Of a DNA stretch of 64,000 bases, positions 27,826 through 42,049 are shown one piece after another; position 1 is the first letter of the stretch, and the number at the start of each line of letters is the position of its first letter. The DNA is taken from assembly GCF_009914755.1 (NCBI RefSeq), contig NC_060930.1. The stretch is one strand, 5' to 3'. The stretch is from the human T2T-CHM13v2.0 reference genome, Homo sapiens. The translations under genes were made by a program, and so were the position numbers. The notes beneath the pieces are model-generated. The model had not been told where the DNA came from. It was given only the letters and a program-made list of their open reading frames with translations, and did no database searches.

Positions 27826-29499
27826 TAGATGAGAATTAAATACGAATATAGAAGCTGGGAAATTGGAAAATCTGAAAGGTTACACCCAGAAGTCATAGAC
27901 CACACCTCAGTAACACAGTGGCTCAAATCCTACTTCTAACAGAAAAACACACCCTCTGCCCATCTACACAGCCAGGGCACCTGTGAACCAGGGACCAGAA
28001 CACAGAAGTAGCTCACCCACTGGGGCTACCTTGGGAACCGCAGGCCCTCCTTTTTCCAGGAAACTGGTTTCTATCCTGTCAATCTTCAAATGCACCTTCC
28101 TCAGTAAAAAAAAAATCACAAGGTTTTAAATTTTTTTAAAAAATGAGTCTTTGAGTTAAAATGCTTTGAAAATGAAAAAAAAGGTAGAGACCTTTTTTCT
28201 CATACCTGGGAGGACTTGGACGGACTTGGTATCACAGAGGCCAACCTCCTGAGAGATCAAAGTTCTGCCCTCATGTCAGGAAGCTCTCTAAGCATATCTG
28301 CTTTGAACTGGGTCTTGACAAGCAGTTATCAAGTTCCCTGTGTCCCTTAGGTCTTCCTGTACCAGGGCCACTTGCATATCAGAGCCCAGGCCTTTAACTG
28401 AAGCATCTTTATCTCAACATCTCACGATATCCCCCAATCCTGTCTGACTCTATTACTCTGTCCTTAAGAACTGTCCCCTGAAACAAAGAAGAATCTTTAA
28501 GAGAAGTCAGTCTCTCCACTTTAATGCATCTCCCAGACTGAGGTCCAGCCCAGCCCAACCCATCCTAGAAGGCAGAAGAGGAAAGTCAGGTCAGCATTTT
28601 CCCAATGAACTCAGGAATTCCAGTAGCTCAAACGTGCTCCTTGGATTTTGTCATGAATTGAATTGCATGTTTTGTAAAGTAAAATTAATGTAAGAACTTT
28701 ACTTTGCTGTCTTCTCAAAGATCAATTTGCTCTTTCTTGATTTTCTCTAGTGCATGTTTGTTTTTGTTGGAAAATTAGTCATGAATGATCCATAAACATA
28801 ATGTAAAGAAGTCTTGGGAATGTTTTTGTGCTGTGCCACTTACCAAGCAGGTTCTGACACAACATATTGGCAAATTCTTACTGAAAGCCAGATCAAGCTC
28901 ACACTCCATGTATCCTCATGCTATTCCCCTCCGTTCACCTACAGCTGTTTGTGAAGGAGCCAGCTGATCATTTCATATAGACTTTTGTTCACATGTGGCT
29001 CAACTTGGGAAAAATGAGATGGATGCAAGGCTCCTTTCGTTGGTTTCTCTAGCAATTCATGCATTTCTAGCTTGAAGTTGCTTCTTATCCCTGCAGGAAA
29101 TAATCTTTTATTATATTCCCTCTTAAAACCTTGTGGTTAAATGTGATTCACATAGTGGGGCAGATGGTTTCTGTATGGTTCTACAGTGACCAGGAAGGAG
29201 AGATATATAAGAATGAAATACACTATGATCAAAGGGTGACAAGATGTTAAAATACACCCCTCCTTGTCCTTCGGTGCTGACTGGCTGTTTACCTCACTGC
29301 AGAGATAGAATCTGAGAAGACCTCAAGGTCACATAGGGAATGTGACTTTATGGGACAGTACTGATCCTCCCTACAAGGGAGCCATTAAGGGTCTAGAGCA
29401 GCTGTTACCTTTGGTCCTATCTCCTCTATATTTCATGTAGTTTTTATATTCAAGAGATTGTGGATCTTGAATTTTTTTATTATATGTACCCAAATTATT

Positions 29500-31308
29500 T
29501 TTTCATTATTATTATTTTTTAAATTATACTTTAAGTTCTGGGATACATGTGCAGAACTTGCAGGTTTGTTACATAGGTATACATGTACCATGGTGGTTTG
29601 CTGCACCCATCAACCCATCGTCTACATTAGGTATTTCTCCTAATGCTATCCCTCCCCTAGACCCCCACCCCCAACAGGCCCCAGTGTGTGATATTCCCTG
29701 CCCTGTGTCCATGTGTTCTCATTTTTCAATTCCCACCTATGAGTGAGAACATGCCGTGTTTGGTTTTCTGTCCTTGCGATAGTTTGCTGAGAATGATGGT
29801 TTCCAGCTTCATCCATGTCCCTGCAAAGGACATGAACTCGTCCTTTTTATGGCTGCATAGTATTTCATGGTGTATATGTGCCACATTTTCTTAATCCAGT
29901 CTATCATTGATGGACATTTGGGTTGGTTCCAAGTCTTTGCTATTGTGAATAGTGCCGCAATAAACATACGTGTGCATGTGTCTTCATAGTAGCATGATTT
30001 ATAATCCTTCGGGTATATACCCAGTAATGGGATCACTGGGTCAAATGGTATTTCTAGTTCTAGATCCTTAAGGAATCACCACAGTCTTCCACAATGGTTG
30101 AACTAATTTACACTCCCACCAACAGTGTAAAAGCCTTCCTGTTTCTCCACATCCTCTTCAGCATCTGTTGTTTCCTGACTTTTTAATGACTACCATTTTA
30201 ACTGGCATGAGATGGTATCTCATTGTGGTTTTGATTTGCATTTCTCTAATGACCAGTGATGATAAGCCCTTTTCATATGTTTGTTTGCCATATAAATGTC
30301 TTCTTTTAAGAAGTGTCTGTTCATATCCTTCACCCACTTTTTGATGGGGTTGTTTGTTTTTTTCTTGTAAATTTGTTTAAGTTCTTTGTAGATTCTGGAT
30401 ATTAGCCCATTGTTAGATGGATAAATTGCAAAAATTTTCTCCCATTCTGTAGGTTGCCTGTTCACTCTGATGATAGTTTCTTTTGCTGTGCAGAAGCTCT
30501 TTAGTTTAATTTAATTAATTTGTCAATTTTGTCAAATTTTGTCAATTTTAATTAGTGTAATTTGTCAACTGAACTAAAATTTGTCAATTTTAATTAGTTT
30601 AATTTGTCAATTTTGGCTTTTGTTTCCATTGCTTTTTGTGTTTTAGTGATGAAATCTTTGCCCATGCCTATGTTCTGAATGATATTGCCTAGTTCTAGGG
30701 TTTTTATGGTTTTAGGTCTTATGTTTAAATCTTTAATCCATCTTGAGTTAATTTTTGTATAAGCTGTATAAAAGGGGTCCAGTTTCTGTTTTCTGCATAT
30801 GGCTAACCATTTTCGCCAACACTATTTATTAAATAGGGAATCCTTTCCCCATTGCTTTTTTCTGTCAGGTTTTTCAAAGATCAGATGCTTGTAGATGTGT
30901 GGTGCTATTTCTGAGGTCTCTGTTCTGTTTCATTGGTCTATATATCTGTTTTGGTACCAGTACCATGCTGTTTTGGTTACTGTAGCCTTGTAGTATATTT
31001 TGAAGTCAGGTATCGTGATGCCTCCAGCTTTGTTCCTTTTGCTTAGAATTGTCTTGGCTACACAGGCTCTTTCTTGGCTCCATATGAAATTTAAAGTAGT
31101 TTTTGCTAATTCTGTGAAGAGAGTCAATGGTAGCTTGATGGGGATAGCATTAAATCTATCAATTACTTTGGGCAGTATGGCTTTTTTCACGATATTGATT
31201 CTTCCTATCCACAAGCATGGAATGTTTTCCCATTTGTTTGTGTCCTCTTTTGTTTCCTTGAGAAGCAGTTTGTTGTTCTCCTTGAAGAGGTCCTTCACAT
31301 CCCTTGTA
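29500..31308 (-). mobile_element. L1PA (about L1PA7-age) 3' 1.8 kb
   Basis: Antisense L1 3' UTR and ORF2 peptides ([34 protein letters not shown]; [15 protein letters not shown]). Confidence 0.95.
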
Positions 31309-34300
31309 TGTTTTTTTTTAAGAAACAGAATCTCACTTTGTTGCCCAGACTGGCATGGAGTGAAATGATCTCGACTCACTGTCTCAAATTCTTGGTTTCA
31401 AGAGCATCCTCTGTTCCCACTCTCTCATGATACCTAATACTGGTGATTATCAGGCTCAAGTCCTGCCTATAGTCATGTATCTGAAACACAATTGGGATTC
31501 TATCCAGGGACTCTTGTCCACAGGACACCCCTAATAAGATTGGCCTCCCCCATATAGTGTATCTCTTATGCTTTTCTACCTTTGAGAACCAGCACTATTT
31601 GCTTCTATCACAGTAAAAGCCACACTCAGATAATTTTATAAACATAAATCTAGGCCCTGGTTTAACAACAATGGGCATCAATGTATGAGGCAAGCTTATC
31701 TAGTACTAGGATTCCAGTTTGCTGTGTAGCATTCCCATAGAAGGCTGTCTTTGCCTTTTCATTCAAGGATAAGAAAATATTTCCAGTTAGAAATGTTTTT
31801 GGCTGCCAAATAGAGAAGCTCAATTAAACTAATTTTAGCAGTCAGTGATGTATAATATTGAAGCACAAGACACCTGTAGATAGGGCTGCTGCAAGATGTT
31901 CAAGTCAGTGGCACAATGTCTTGAAAAAATTAGAATTATCCACTTTTACTTCTGGCATCTTCAGAATATTGTCCTCATTCCTCACTGGGCATGTTTTCCG
32001 AATGCTTAGGATATGACTTCATACTCAGAATATGATATAAAAAATGCGAGAAAAAAGAACTTCCTTTCCTTCCATCTCTTTTTATATCTGTGAAAACTCT
32101 TCTTAGAGTCATACCACATAGAATGTCCTGCGATATCTCATTGGAATGCCCTCACCATAACCAACACTTAGGCCTTTTTCACCTACCCCCAAATTATATA
32201 CACCTCCCTCCCTTGTCCAAGTTAAAATTAAAATATTTGCATCTATTTGAAATGCATTCATTATTTTGTCAAGAACTGTATGTACCTAGTATCATCTTGT
32301 TACTGCCTCTAGCTCCATTCTGGCACCCACGTGACAGGCATTTAATTCCATTCATTCAGTGAGTGTCCTTTCCAGCTAGACATTCTTGGGTAAAAGAACA
32401 GACAGAATCACACTTGTTGTCAGGAAAGTAAGTTCCATCACTCTCAAGCTCACAGTTCTCTGTTCTTCTCATTGGAAGGATTCACCTAATCTATTTAGTG
32501 AATTGTCCATAGACACTGGAACTTCCCTCTGGGAGATTTTCCTTATTTGGTTTATTCCGTGGCCACACCTGGGTGTTTGAGGTGAAACACCTTTCTAATG
32601 TTTGTTCATATTTCACAATCCCATTTCTTTTGGCAAAAGGTCAGGGTTCAGGTTTGGACCTTTGGGTCTGAACATATGATGTTATTGGCCATGTTATTTT
32701 CACTTATTAGTTTGATTTTATTTGTTTTATTTTTTCCTTTTATTTTAAGAGGTGGGGAGTAGTAATTTCATTAAAAACTTTTGTCTTACAAATTCCCTGG
32801 AAACAATCTCATGAAAATATTTATCAATGTAATTTGTGTGTGTGTGTGTGCGTGTGAGAAGATTCCTGTTCCTAGCTATGGGCACCAGTTCCTGCTAAGT
32901 CCTACTTCATGGCTTTGCCTTGGAGAAGTACATAACAGCTACAGGTGTGAAAGTGCCCAGTCACCCAATCCCTCCCAGATGCATCTCTGCAGTAGGGACA
33001 GTGGGATTTTCTGCCTTGGGAGCAGGTAAAACCAGTATTGTTGCAATAAACACCCTGTCACGGATATCACTTGGTAACACTATTTTGTCTCTGTAAAATG
33101 GAGCAATAAAACTTTAAACGTTGATTATAAGTGTATGTGTGTTTATAATTTTAAGGTACAGTACTCAATTTTTCCCCAACAAAAGCAATAACTTAAACTC
33201 ACCACTTTGGTTGCAGAAGACATTAAATCCTCCATATTCTTCTGTGTGTCCAGCCATTAAAGCTTATTAATAACAGGGGTAGAAAATCATGTCTCATTAT
33301 GCAGTGCTCCTGATGACTAACAAAGTTGAATAATTTAACCGTTTAACAAAAAAGATTAAAGTGGGCTTATACTTCACACTATCCTCCAGTAAAAAAAAAT
33401 CAAATTGATCAAATATTTACATGTTTACAAATTAAATAATTTAATAGTATAAGACAGCATAGATTCATTTTATATTATCTCATGTAGGTAAGACTTCTTT
33501 AATCATAACTCAATACATAAGCCATAAAAGACTGACAAATTCAAATTTATAAAAACGGTGTGCTTGACAATAACATGTTTTTAAAATCATAACCGAAGTA
33601 AGTGACCAATGAAAATGTTGGAAATTGTATCTGCAGCTCAGACAACTGAAAAAGGACTAATCTGCTTATAGATGGAGAGCTAACAGAAGTGGAGAGACAA
33701 AGACCTGTCCACGAGAAGTCTCATGCCCCTTCCTTCACTCTGACACCTCCTTAACATGCTCCTGAAATGTCAGCATCATGAGACATGAGCTACACAATGA
33801 TGCAGTATGGGAATTAAGAGGTAACCATATATTTTAATATCAGACTTGAATGAATCTTCTTTGTTTTGAGTAACATGTACACATAATTGAATAAGCACAT
33901 ATAGAAATCATTAAAAAAAGTTATTTGACAAATTACACCTTAAAAGGAGACTATACATTATTTTAAACACCATGGTGGACAAAACTGACCATGTCTTCAG
34001 CCACAGAGTAAATCTGAAAGAAATACAAATAATAATATTAATAATAACATTTTGTTGGTTATATTATTTGACCACAATAAAATAATATATACAATAACTA
34101 GAATTTAAAGCATATATATATATAAAGCAATATTATAGAATGGCAATTCTAGTCCTTGAAGGATTGTCTAAAATCACAGATATAAAATTAATAAGGCTTA
34201 AATAAAGGGTATGTACTTAAAGGGAATGCAATTTTTATTCAAATTACAAAGAGGTATTATTAAAACAACTTATTATGTACAAAGCACTGGGACATTAAAC

Positions 34301-35422
34301 TGAATCATGAAGTAATGACTTCAACCTCACAAAACTTCTCGTCTTCTAGGGGAAGCTTAAAATAAGACCAAAATGGTGGAACCATTACAAATTACAATAA
34401 TGTTGTAAGAAATAAAAGATCAATAAGACCAGCCAGAGAATGTGATCATAGAAATGCTCTTAAAGTTGACCTTTTTAACTAGAGATAAAACATGGAAAAG
34501 GCAAAAACAAGGAAAATTGTGAGTGACATAATTCCTCACAGAGGAAAGAAAATTTGCAAAAAGGATGTGTTCCATTTAACAAAAGAAACCCAATATGAGA
34601 GTTTTGTAAGCAATGTAAGCAAGATGAAGAATTAAATGGTATTAAGTTGGAGAGAGGATGAGGTAAATTTGCTTTCTTCAAAGTAAAAGGTTTGGGTGTA
34701 AATTCTAACCTAGTGAGGAGGGATTATATTATCCAACGTAATGTTTTTGTACATTTATTCAACACACTGCAACATATTCATCATCCTTACTAAATAATTG
34801 TTACACATGTTGTAAATAAAATCCAAGGAGTCCTGTATATTCATAAGGTTAATTAATCCTCACACCAACCATGCATATTAAATACCAACTTTATCCTCCT
34901 CTTGCATAAGATGAAACAGAGTTACAGAGAGTTATTTGCCCACAATAACATGCTTTGAATGGGAGAGCCAAAGTTTGGACAAAGGCAATCTGGGTCCAAA
35001 ACCCTGACTCTTACTCTTATGTGATGATGCCTCTTGGTAATTCCGACAAGCTCAAGCTCTATCTAAGGAGGAGATAGACAAAGGGAGGAAAATCTGTGGC
35101 TGGATTTGGAGGATGTTCCAGGATAATGATTGAGAATAATGCATGGCCTTTTGTATGGTCTTTATTTGGGATTCCACAGGTACCAGGAAAGTCTCACTGG
35201 GTCCCATTCCCCTCATCGTTGGAACTGGAGCACATTCAAACTGGGCTTACTGCCTAGGAAGGAAGTTAATGTCTCTTCCAACCACAAACAGCAAGGGGTT
35301 GTTTTGAAAGTCCATGAAAGCTGAACTTGATTAGAATAAAGCATTGATTTGATGCAGCAGCCTTATGATGCAGAACAGGCTGGGTTACTATGTGTACAAT
35401 TCCCCAGCTCAGATGTGGGAAA

Positions 35423-36559
35423 TTATGTTTCCACATCGACCCTGTGCTCCCTGGGAAGAAGGTTCTCCACATGCTGAGTAGAGTGTGGTTGCTCCATTGG
35501 GTCGATGCCAGCTGCCTTTTTGTTCCTCCCCACCTCTGGCTTATCTGCTAACGCCCGTTGGAGAATCACTCTGAGAGATTCCTTCAGCCTTTTCTTTCTG
35601 AGGCTCCCCACAAAGAAATAAATGATAGGGTTGGCGCTGCTGTTTATAATGAGGAACAAGGAAATTAAATAGGAGGTGGTGACAAACATTTTGAAATCTG
35701 TTATGAGGGGTGCCACGCTCAGGGGTAGGGCCCAGAGTAGGAACATGGGGGCCGAGATCTGCACCACCGCATAGACCCTGGTGGCCTTTTGCTGCTGGGA
35801 GCAGCACAGGAATCTAATGAGTAGAGTCAGACTCGACACACACATCACAAGTGAAAGGATAGCATGGAAGAGCCCAGAAAGCTTTAGAAATATGACACAT
35901 GCCTTTACATGTTTCCAGTAAGTTAGGAAAAGTGATTTTACTATGTTGATGCAAAAAGGCAGGCCCCAGATGAGGGTGCAGACAACATTAGATGTGTATT
36001 TTGGGCGGTGGCATCTGTACCAGATGGGGAAGAGGACACACACACACCGCTCTGTGCTGATGGCCACCAGGAGACAGAGACACACCTCAAAGGAGAAGGG
36101 AGACAATATGGCCAGGAAATCAGGGATAAAAAACACGACTCCATGATAAGTTAGCAGAGTCACCTGTAAGAACCCCACTGCCGAGCAGCAAAGATAGATC
36201 ACGTCAGCAGCGACCAGGTGGAGGATGTATACCATGTAGGGATTCGTGGCCCCACAGCAAAGCAGCCAGAAGACAGTGCCATTCAATAAGACCCCACAGA
36301 GGGAGACCAGCACAGCCTTGGGGGCAATGATATTCAAGGGCAGGGCCTGCTGTCCCACTGCCATGCTCATCTGCATATGTATGGTTTCATTCGTCTCATT
36401 TTGAAGAAAGACGCCACAGAGCTGAGATACCAGGTTTGGGTTCTGTGCCTCCTGGTCACCACTGTGGAGACAAAGGCTACATGAGAGAGATATCTGTGAC
36501 TCAGCAAACACTGTCCATCCAGCCCTCTGGCTGAACCAGCAAATTTTCCCCCAGACCAT
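35423..36559 (-). CDS. MAS1L: MAS1 proto-oncogene-like G protein-coupled receptor (378 aa)
   Basis: Intact ORF with Mas/MRG motifs NPYMVYILHL.AAD, AISTERC.CVLFPIWYRCHRPK and NSSANPIIYFFVGS. Confidence 0.96.
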   Translation of the reverse strand: MVWGKICWFSQRAGWTVFAESQISLSCSLCLHSGDQEAQNPNLVSQLCGVFLQNETNETIHMQMSMAVGQQALPLNIIAPKAVLVSLCGVLLNGTVFWLLCCGATNPYMVYILHLVAADVIYLCCSAVGFLQVTLLTYHGVVFFIPDFLAILSPFSFEVCLCLLVAISTERCVCVLFPIWYRCHRPKYTSNVVCTLIWGLPFCINIVKSLFLTYWKHVKACVIFLKLSGLFHAILSLVMCVSSLTLLIRFLCCSQQQKATRVYAVVQISAPMFLLWALPLSVAPLITDFKMFVTTSYLISLFLIINSSANPIIYFFVGSLRKKRLKESLRVILQRALADKPEVGRNKKAAGIDPMEQPHSTQHVENLLPREHRVDVET

Positions 36560-36867
36560 GGGGTGCTGGGACCTGAGTGGGCCACAACATCACAGTCAGG
36601 AGCAGTGGTCCATCTAGTGGTGTCCTCTGGCCTCAGACCCCTTGCCTCTACATTTTCCTAGGCTGGAATAGAACACCCATTGTTGGGTGTGCTTTTTAGG
36701 AACAGCTGAACATTAACTACATATCAGAGTGGATGGGAGTATCTGCTCTGCAAATAGCTCTCCATGAATTTGTGATCTGTTCTCCCTCCCCTAACACATC
36801 TCCTGTTGTACAGGATGCCCCAGGCCTACCCACATAGACCCAATATCTTGTTGTTGGGCACTAATGA

Positions 36868-37327
<460 letters not shown>

Positions 37328-37569
37328 TCAGACAGGTACAAGGGAGCACTGAGATTTCCAAGGCAGGCATTTCACAGCAGTTGGCACCAAAGAAGTCCTT
37401 TCTATGGCTGGCAGGACTTGACCTGGAAAATAAGGAAATCTGCGTTTCTCCAGGGGCGTGAGTCTCAGGCAGTGTCTGTGTGGGCATCATCGACTGCTAT
37501 GCTCCAAATGTCAGCTGAGGAGAAGGAAATGAACAGACTTAGGGTGCAACAAATACAAAAGAGGCCTAA

Positions 37570-38750
37570 GAATATTAATATAAATATTAATATAGAGAAT
37601 AGTATTTTAATGCTATGTAAATATATTAATATAGAGAGACTAGCATATTAATACTATGTAAATATTTATATATTAATAAATTATATTAATATAACATTGC
37701 TATATTAACATGTTATTAATATTGATGTTAATATATTCACATTATATATTTATGTTAATATATTAATTATATTAATATAACATATTCTCAATTATGCTAT
37801 CAAGGATATTGATAATTAATATTGACATTAGTTTATTAATATTTATGTATTTATTTATTGCTGTTGTCCCAGGTTTATTGAAAATAAAATCCAGTGACTG
37901 CTGTATATTACAGCATTGGAGAAAGAGTCAAACAGCTCCACGAGGCATTTTGAAATTCATCCCAACTGTAGGCCGAGTGACCTGCAGGTTGGACAGGCTG
38001 CCAAAGTCCAAAAGCTTCAGCATTTCCTTAGTGTCAGGATCTACTTCGATGATCTCCTGATCCAGGGCTGAGACCTTGGGGACATAATTGTCCCTCCTTT
38101 CTTTCTCCTCCTCCTGTAGCTTGATGGAGATACCTCTCACTGGACCTCTCTGAATCTGGTTCGTCAGATGCGTGACGCAGCCTGCTCTCCTGTTGTGGAG
38201 CTTCTTGCTGAGGATAATGGGGATCTCCTCACACACACTTGTTTGTGTGGAAGTCATTGCCCAGGCACATGTAGTACTTTTCTACGATGACCTAGGCCAC
38301 CTTCGTCACAGTCTTGATGCCAACACGACCCATGTTGGTGGGTCTTTGGTCATTAATATTAATTGATATTAACATTATTCAGTTTATTAATAATGTATCA
38401 TTAATAATATTTATACAATATTAGTAAAATAGTTTATCAGTACATTTTAATGTTGATATGCTTTCAATATTAAGATATTAATGTATTATTGATTACATGT
38501 GAATATATTAGCATATTAACAGTATATATTAATATATTTGGTATACTATATTAATATTATTTATATGATATGAATATGCTATTAGTGGCATATTAATAAC
38601 AATATATTAATAATATAATGTGATTAATAGTTGTATGTGATTATTAATTATTTATGATTATATTATGATTAACAAGTAGTACTATTATATCTTGTTTCTA
38701 ATGAATAATTATTATTAATATTCAAAAAACTAATAATAATTGTTATTTTT
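37570..38750. repeat. AT-rich low-complexity tract ((TAT/ATTA)n-like) split by the RPS17 retrocopy
   Basis: Near-pure A/T attaatatt-type repeats at 37570-37860 and 38352-38750. Confidence 0.85.
37860..38351 (-). pseudogene. RPS17P1: Processed ribosomal protein S17 pseudogene
   Basis: ATG at 38333; intronless ...[13 protein letters not shown]...[14 protein letters not shown]...[21 protein letters not shown]; frameshifted N-terminus; AATAAA and decayed A tail. Confidence 0.93.
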
Positions 38751-40414
38751 ATAGAATCTGGAATTGTGGAGCAGACTTCGCAAGGCTTCTCTGACCTCTG
38801 CCTCCCGCTCTGGGATCTGTGAAACACACTGGGCTCTTCTTCTAGACCTCCCTTTTTGAAGCTCCTCCAAAGACCGTTTCATCATCTCTACTCAACAGTC
38901 TCCTCAGGAAATTGCCTCTTCAGTAGGCAAATGTCACTTGCCACAAACTTATCTTTGGCATGAGGATAAGACAGTGCTAAGGTAGAACTGTCTGTACCTT
39001 CTTTGGGTTTACATTGTGATAACTGCAAGGAGAAAAATAAATTGGGCTGAGTGGATAGAAAATGATAAGGGTAATGGATGTTTCCTAGTGGGATAAATGA
39101 GGGGAGTTTCTTAGTAGGACATGGAGATCTGAATGACCTACTGGAGCAACCAGGTGACAGCCAGAAGGAAAGAGCCACAGGCAGGCTCAGCAAGTTCACC
39201 ACCCTGGGGCAAGTGGCTTCATCTGCTTTGTTAATCTTTGATGCTCCTGTCCAGAGAGGGCCTCTTAAGCAACTTGAGTGCAATAACTATTTTTCTATTA
39301 TTGCGTTAATAAACCCCAAGAAGGTCCCTGCAACTCTAGAGAGTTAAAGACTTATAAGCCATTTTCAAGATTGGAGAATATTCTTATCTCAGCCATCAGT
39401 GGACAGAAAGGGGCAGCCAGGCCCCTTCAGAGCAGCACTGAGCTACTGTCCCTGGAGTGGTGGGGCCTGACCACAGCTTCCTCTTTCAACCATGGAATCC
39501 TTATCACTATTTTGCAAACACCAAAGATGTAGCCTCAGATGTGAATCTACTCACATGCTGGAAGTTTGTCCATGATGTTGAGAGCTCGTTTAAGTGGAAG
39601 ATCCTGGATGAGTGCAGATACAGACTGTGAGCAGGAGAGCTCTGCTCTGTCTCTTTTCAAGACTCTGAGACAGAGGCCAAGAGCCTAGCATGCAAAACAC
39701 CTCAGACAATGCATCCAGGGTAGGGGAGAACTGATATGAACCATTCACCCTTAGCCAAAAACCTGCTCACCTTGGGCAGGTGTGGTACCTCAAGGCTGAC
39801 CACAGACTAGAGGAGATCTCATGTGTCTTCCTTAGAGAGATTCCTGTCCACCTTCCTGTCTCAGGAAGATGGATGGAATCATTTCATTGGAGGATGCCAA
39901 CATCCCCTGTCCAGGGCCCACTGCCTGAGCCTTGGACATTTCGGCTGAGCTGGCTAGGCCTCTGAGAATCAGCCCTGATGACCCTTGATGCCCCACTATG
40001 GAGTCCAGAACACTGAAGAACTTAGGATGCTTGAGAGGTGAAACGCTCTGGGCCCAAAGAGATCAGACCATCCTTTCCTGAGATCCTGAACACTGATAAT
40101 GACTTCTCATACTTTAAGACAGCTTCACAGATGAAGTTGCCAGAGAAGCTGAGCTCACTAAAGCAGGATGTATCTGTAACAAGAAAAAAATCCTTAAATG
40201 AGTTGCTATAGCTGATCCATGGGAATGCCCAAAAAGATGTTACAGATTTCACTAGGGCTTAATCTTAGTCCTGCAGCACCAAGTACACACTCTTCCTCCT
40301 ACTAACCTGGGAAGAGCCAGTTCAGGGGAGAACGGGAGGGAATAACCCAAATGTCCATTAACAGAGAGTGCCAACAGCTTCCAAAATGTGTCTCCAGTCA
40401 AGGACAGGCCAAGA

Positions 40415-41430
40415 TGACTCATCAAAGAAATGCAAATCAAAACCACAACTAGATAGCACCTTACGCCTGTTAGGATGGCCATTCTGGAAAAACAAAAGAT
40501 AACAAGTGCTAATGAGGATGTGGAGAAAGGGATCCCTCACACACTGTTGGTGAAAATGCAAAATGGCGCAGCTGCTGTGAAAAGCAGTATGGAAATTCCT
40601 CAAAAAATTAACAGTAGAACTGCACCGTATGGTCCAGAAATCCCACTTCTGAGTATTTGTCCAAAAGAATTGAAATCAGGTTTTCAAAGAAATATTAGCA
40701 CTCTTATGTTTGCTGCAATACTATTCACAATAGCCAAAATGTGGAAACAACCTAAAAATCCATCAAAAAATGAATGGATAAAGAAAATGTGATATAAACA
40801 TAAGATAGAATAGTATTCAGCCTTTAAAAAGGAAGAAATTTGGCCAGGTGTGGTGGCTCACGCCTATAATCCCAGCACTTTGGGAGGCCAAGGTGAATGG
40901 ATCACGAGGTCAGGAGTTCAAGAGCAACTTGACCAACATGGTGAAACCCCGTCTCTACTAAAAATACAAAAATTAGCTGGGCATGGTGGCAGGTGCCTGT
41001 AATCCCAGCTACTTGGGAGGCTGAAGCAGAGAATTGCATGAACCTGGGAAGCGGAGGTTGTAGTGAGCCGAGATTACACCACTGCACTCCAGCCTGGGCA
41101 GGGGAGGGAGACTCCATCTCAAAAAAAAAATGGAAGAAATTCTGTCATATATGACAACATAGTTGAACCTGCAGATCATTATGGTAAGTGAGATTAGCCA
41201 GTCATAGAAGAATAAATCCTGCATGCACTTAAATAGGGTATCTAAAATAGTCAAATTCATAGAAACAAAGAGTGGGATGGTTGTTCCCTGGGCTGTAGGA
41301 CAGGAAGTAGGGAGCTAGTAGTCAGTGGGCATAAAGTTTCAGTTTAACAAAATAGATAAGCACTAGAGCTCTACTGCACAAAAGTAGTAGTTGCCTATAG
41401 TTAACAACAGTGTACTGGAATGTTTTTGCA
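40415..41430 (+). mobile_element. L1M (L1MA/MB) 3' fragment interrupted by an Alu
   Basis: gaaatgcaaatcaaaaccaca...; ORF 40475-40792 resembles the L1 ORF2 end. Confidence 0.8.
40842..41130 (+). mobile_element. AluS
   Basis: Full Alu; TSD ggaagaaatt on both sides. Confidence 0.93.
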
Positions 41431-42049
41431 ACTGAAGCTGCTTCATCTTTTTGAGCCTCTGGTATTTCCTCTGCAAAATTAGAATACTGATAATACCTAC
41501 TTGTGGGTTTGAAAATTAAATGGGTGGATAGCATGTAAGTGCATGGAACAGTGATGAGCATATAGTGAGAGATGAATGAATAAATACTGTCCTGTTGGGA
41601 CAGATGAATGTCAATAAGCAAATGCAGTAAATTGGATCATTTCAGACGGTGCTTACTACTCTGAAGGAAAAAAAAAAGTGGCAGTGGGATGGACTATCTT
41701 AAGGAAAACGGGAAAGACAGTGAGCCACTTAGGTTGGTCCTTTCTGAGCTGACAATATTTTCTGGCTTTTTCAGGAAGCCAATCCTGGGAATATCTAGAG
41801 GAATAGTGCTGCAGGTAGTGGGAACAGGAAGTACAAAGGCGCATAGGAAGAACAGTCGTATGGTTGAAGAAAAGAAAGAAGGCCAGTGTGGCTGAAGTTT
41901 AGGGAGGGAAAGAGAGAGTGAGAGAAATAAGCTTTTAGAGAGGTAGGCAGGTGTGGAATCATATAGGCCAAGATAAGAAGTTTGAATTTTAAGTGCAATG
42001 TCCAGGTGTTGGAAAGTTTTAAGCTCAGATAATAATATTATCTGGATTT

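Noticed and set aside
30500-30615. Repeat-spacer appearance resembling a CRISPR array
   Set aside because: Human L1-internal expansion with irregular short units and no cas genes.
29549-31379. Cluster of ORFs here (also at 638-989, 22943-23446, 40475-40792 and 47443-47631)
   Set aside because: L1 ORF2 or 3' UTR fragments from truncated, inactive elements.
32836-32856. (TG)n microsatellite
   Set aside because: Short, interrupted and ordinary.
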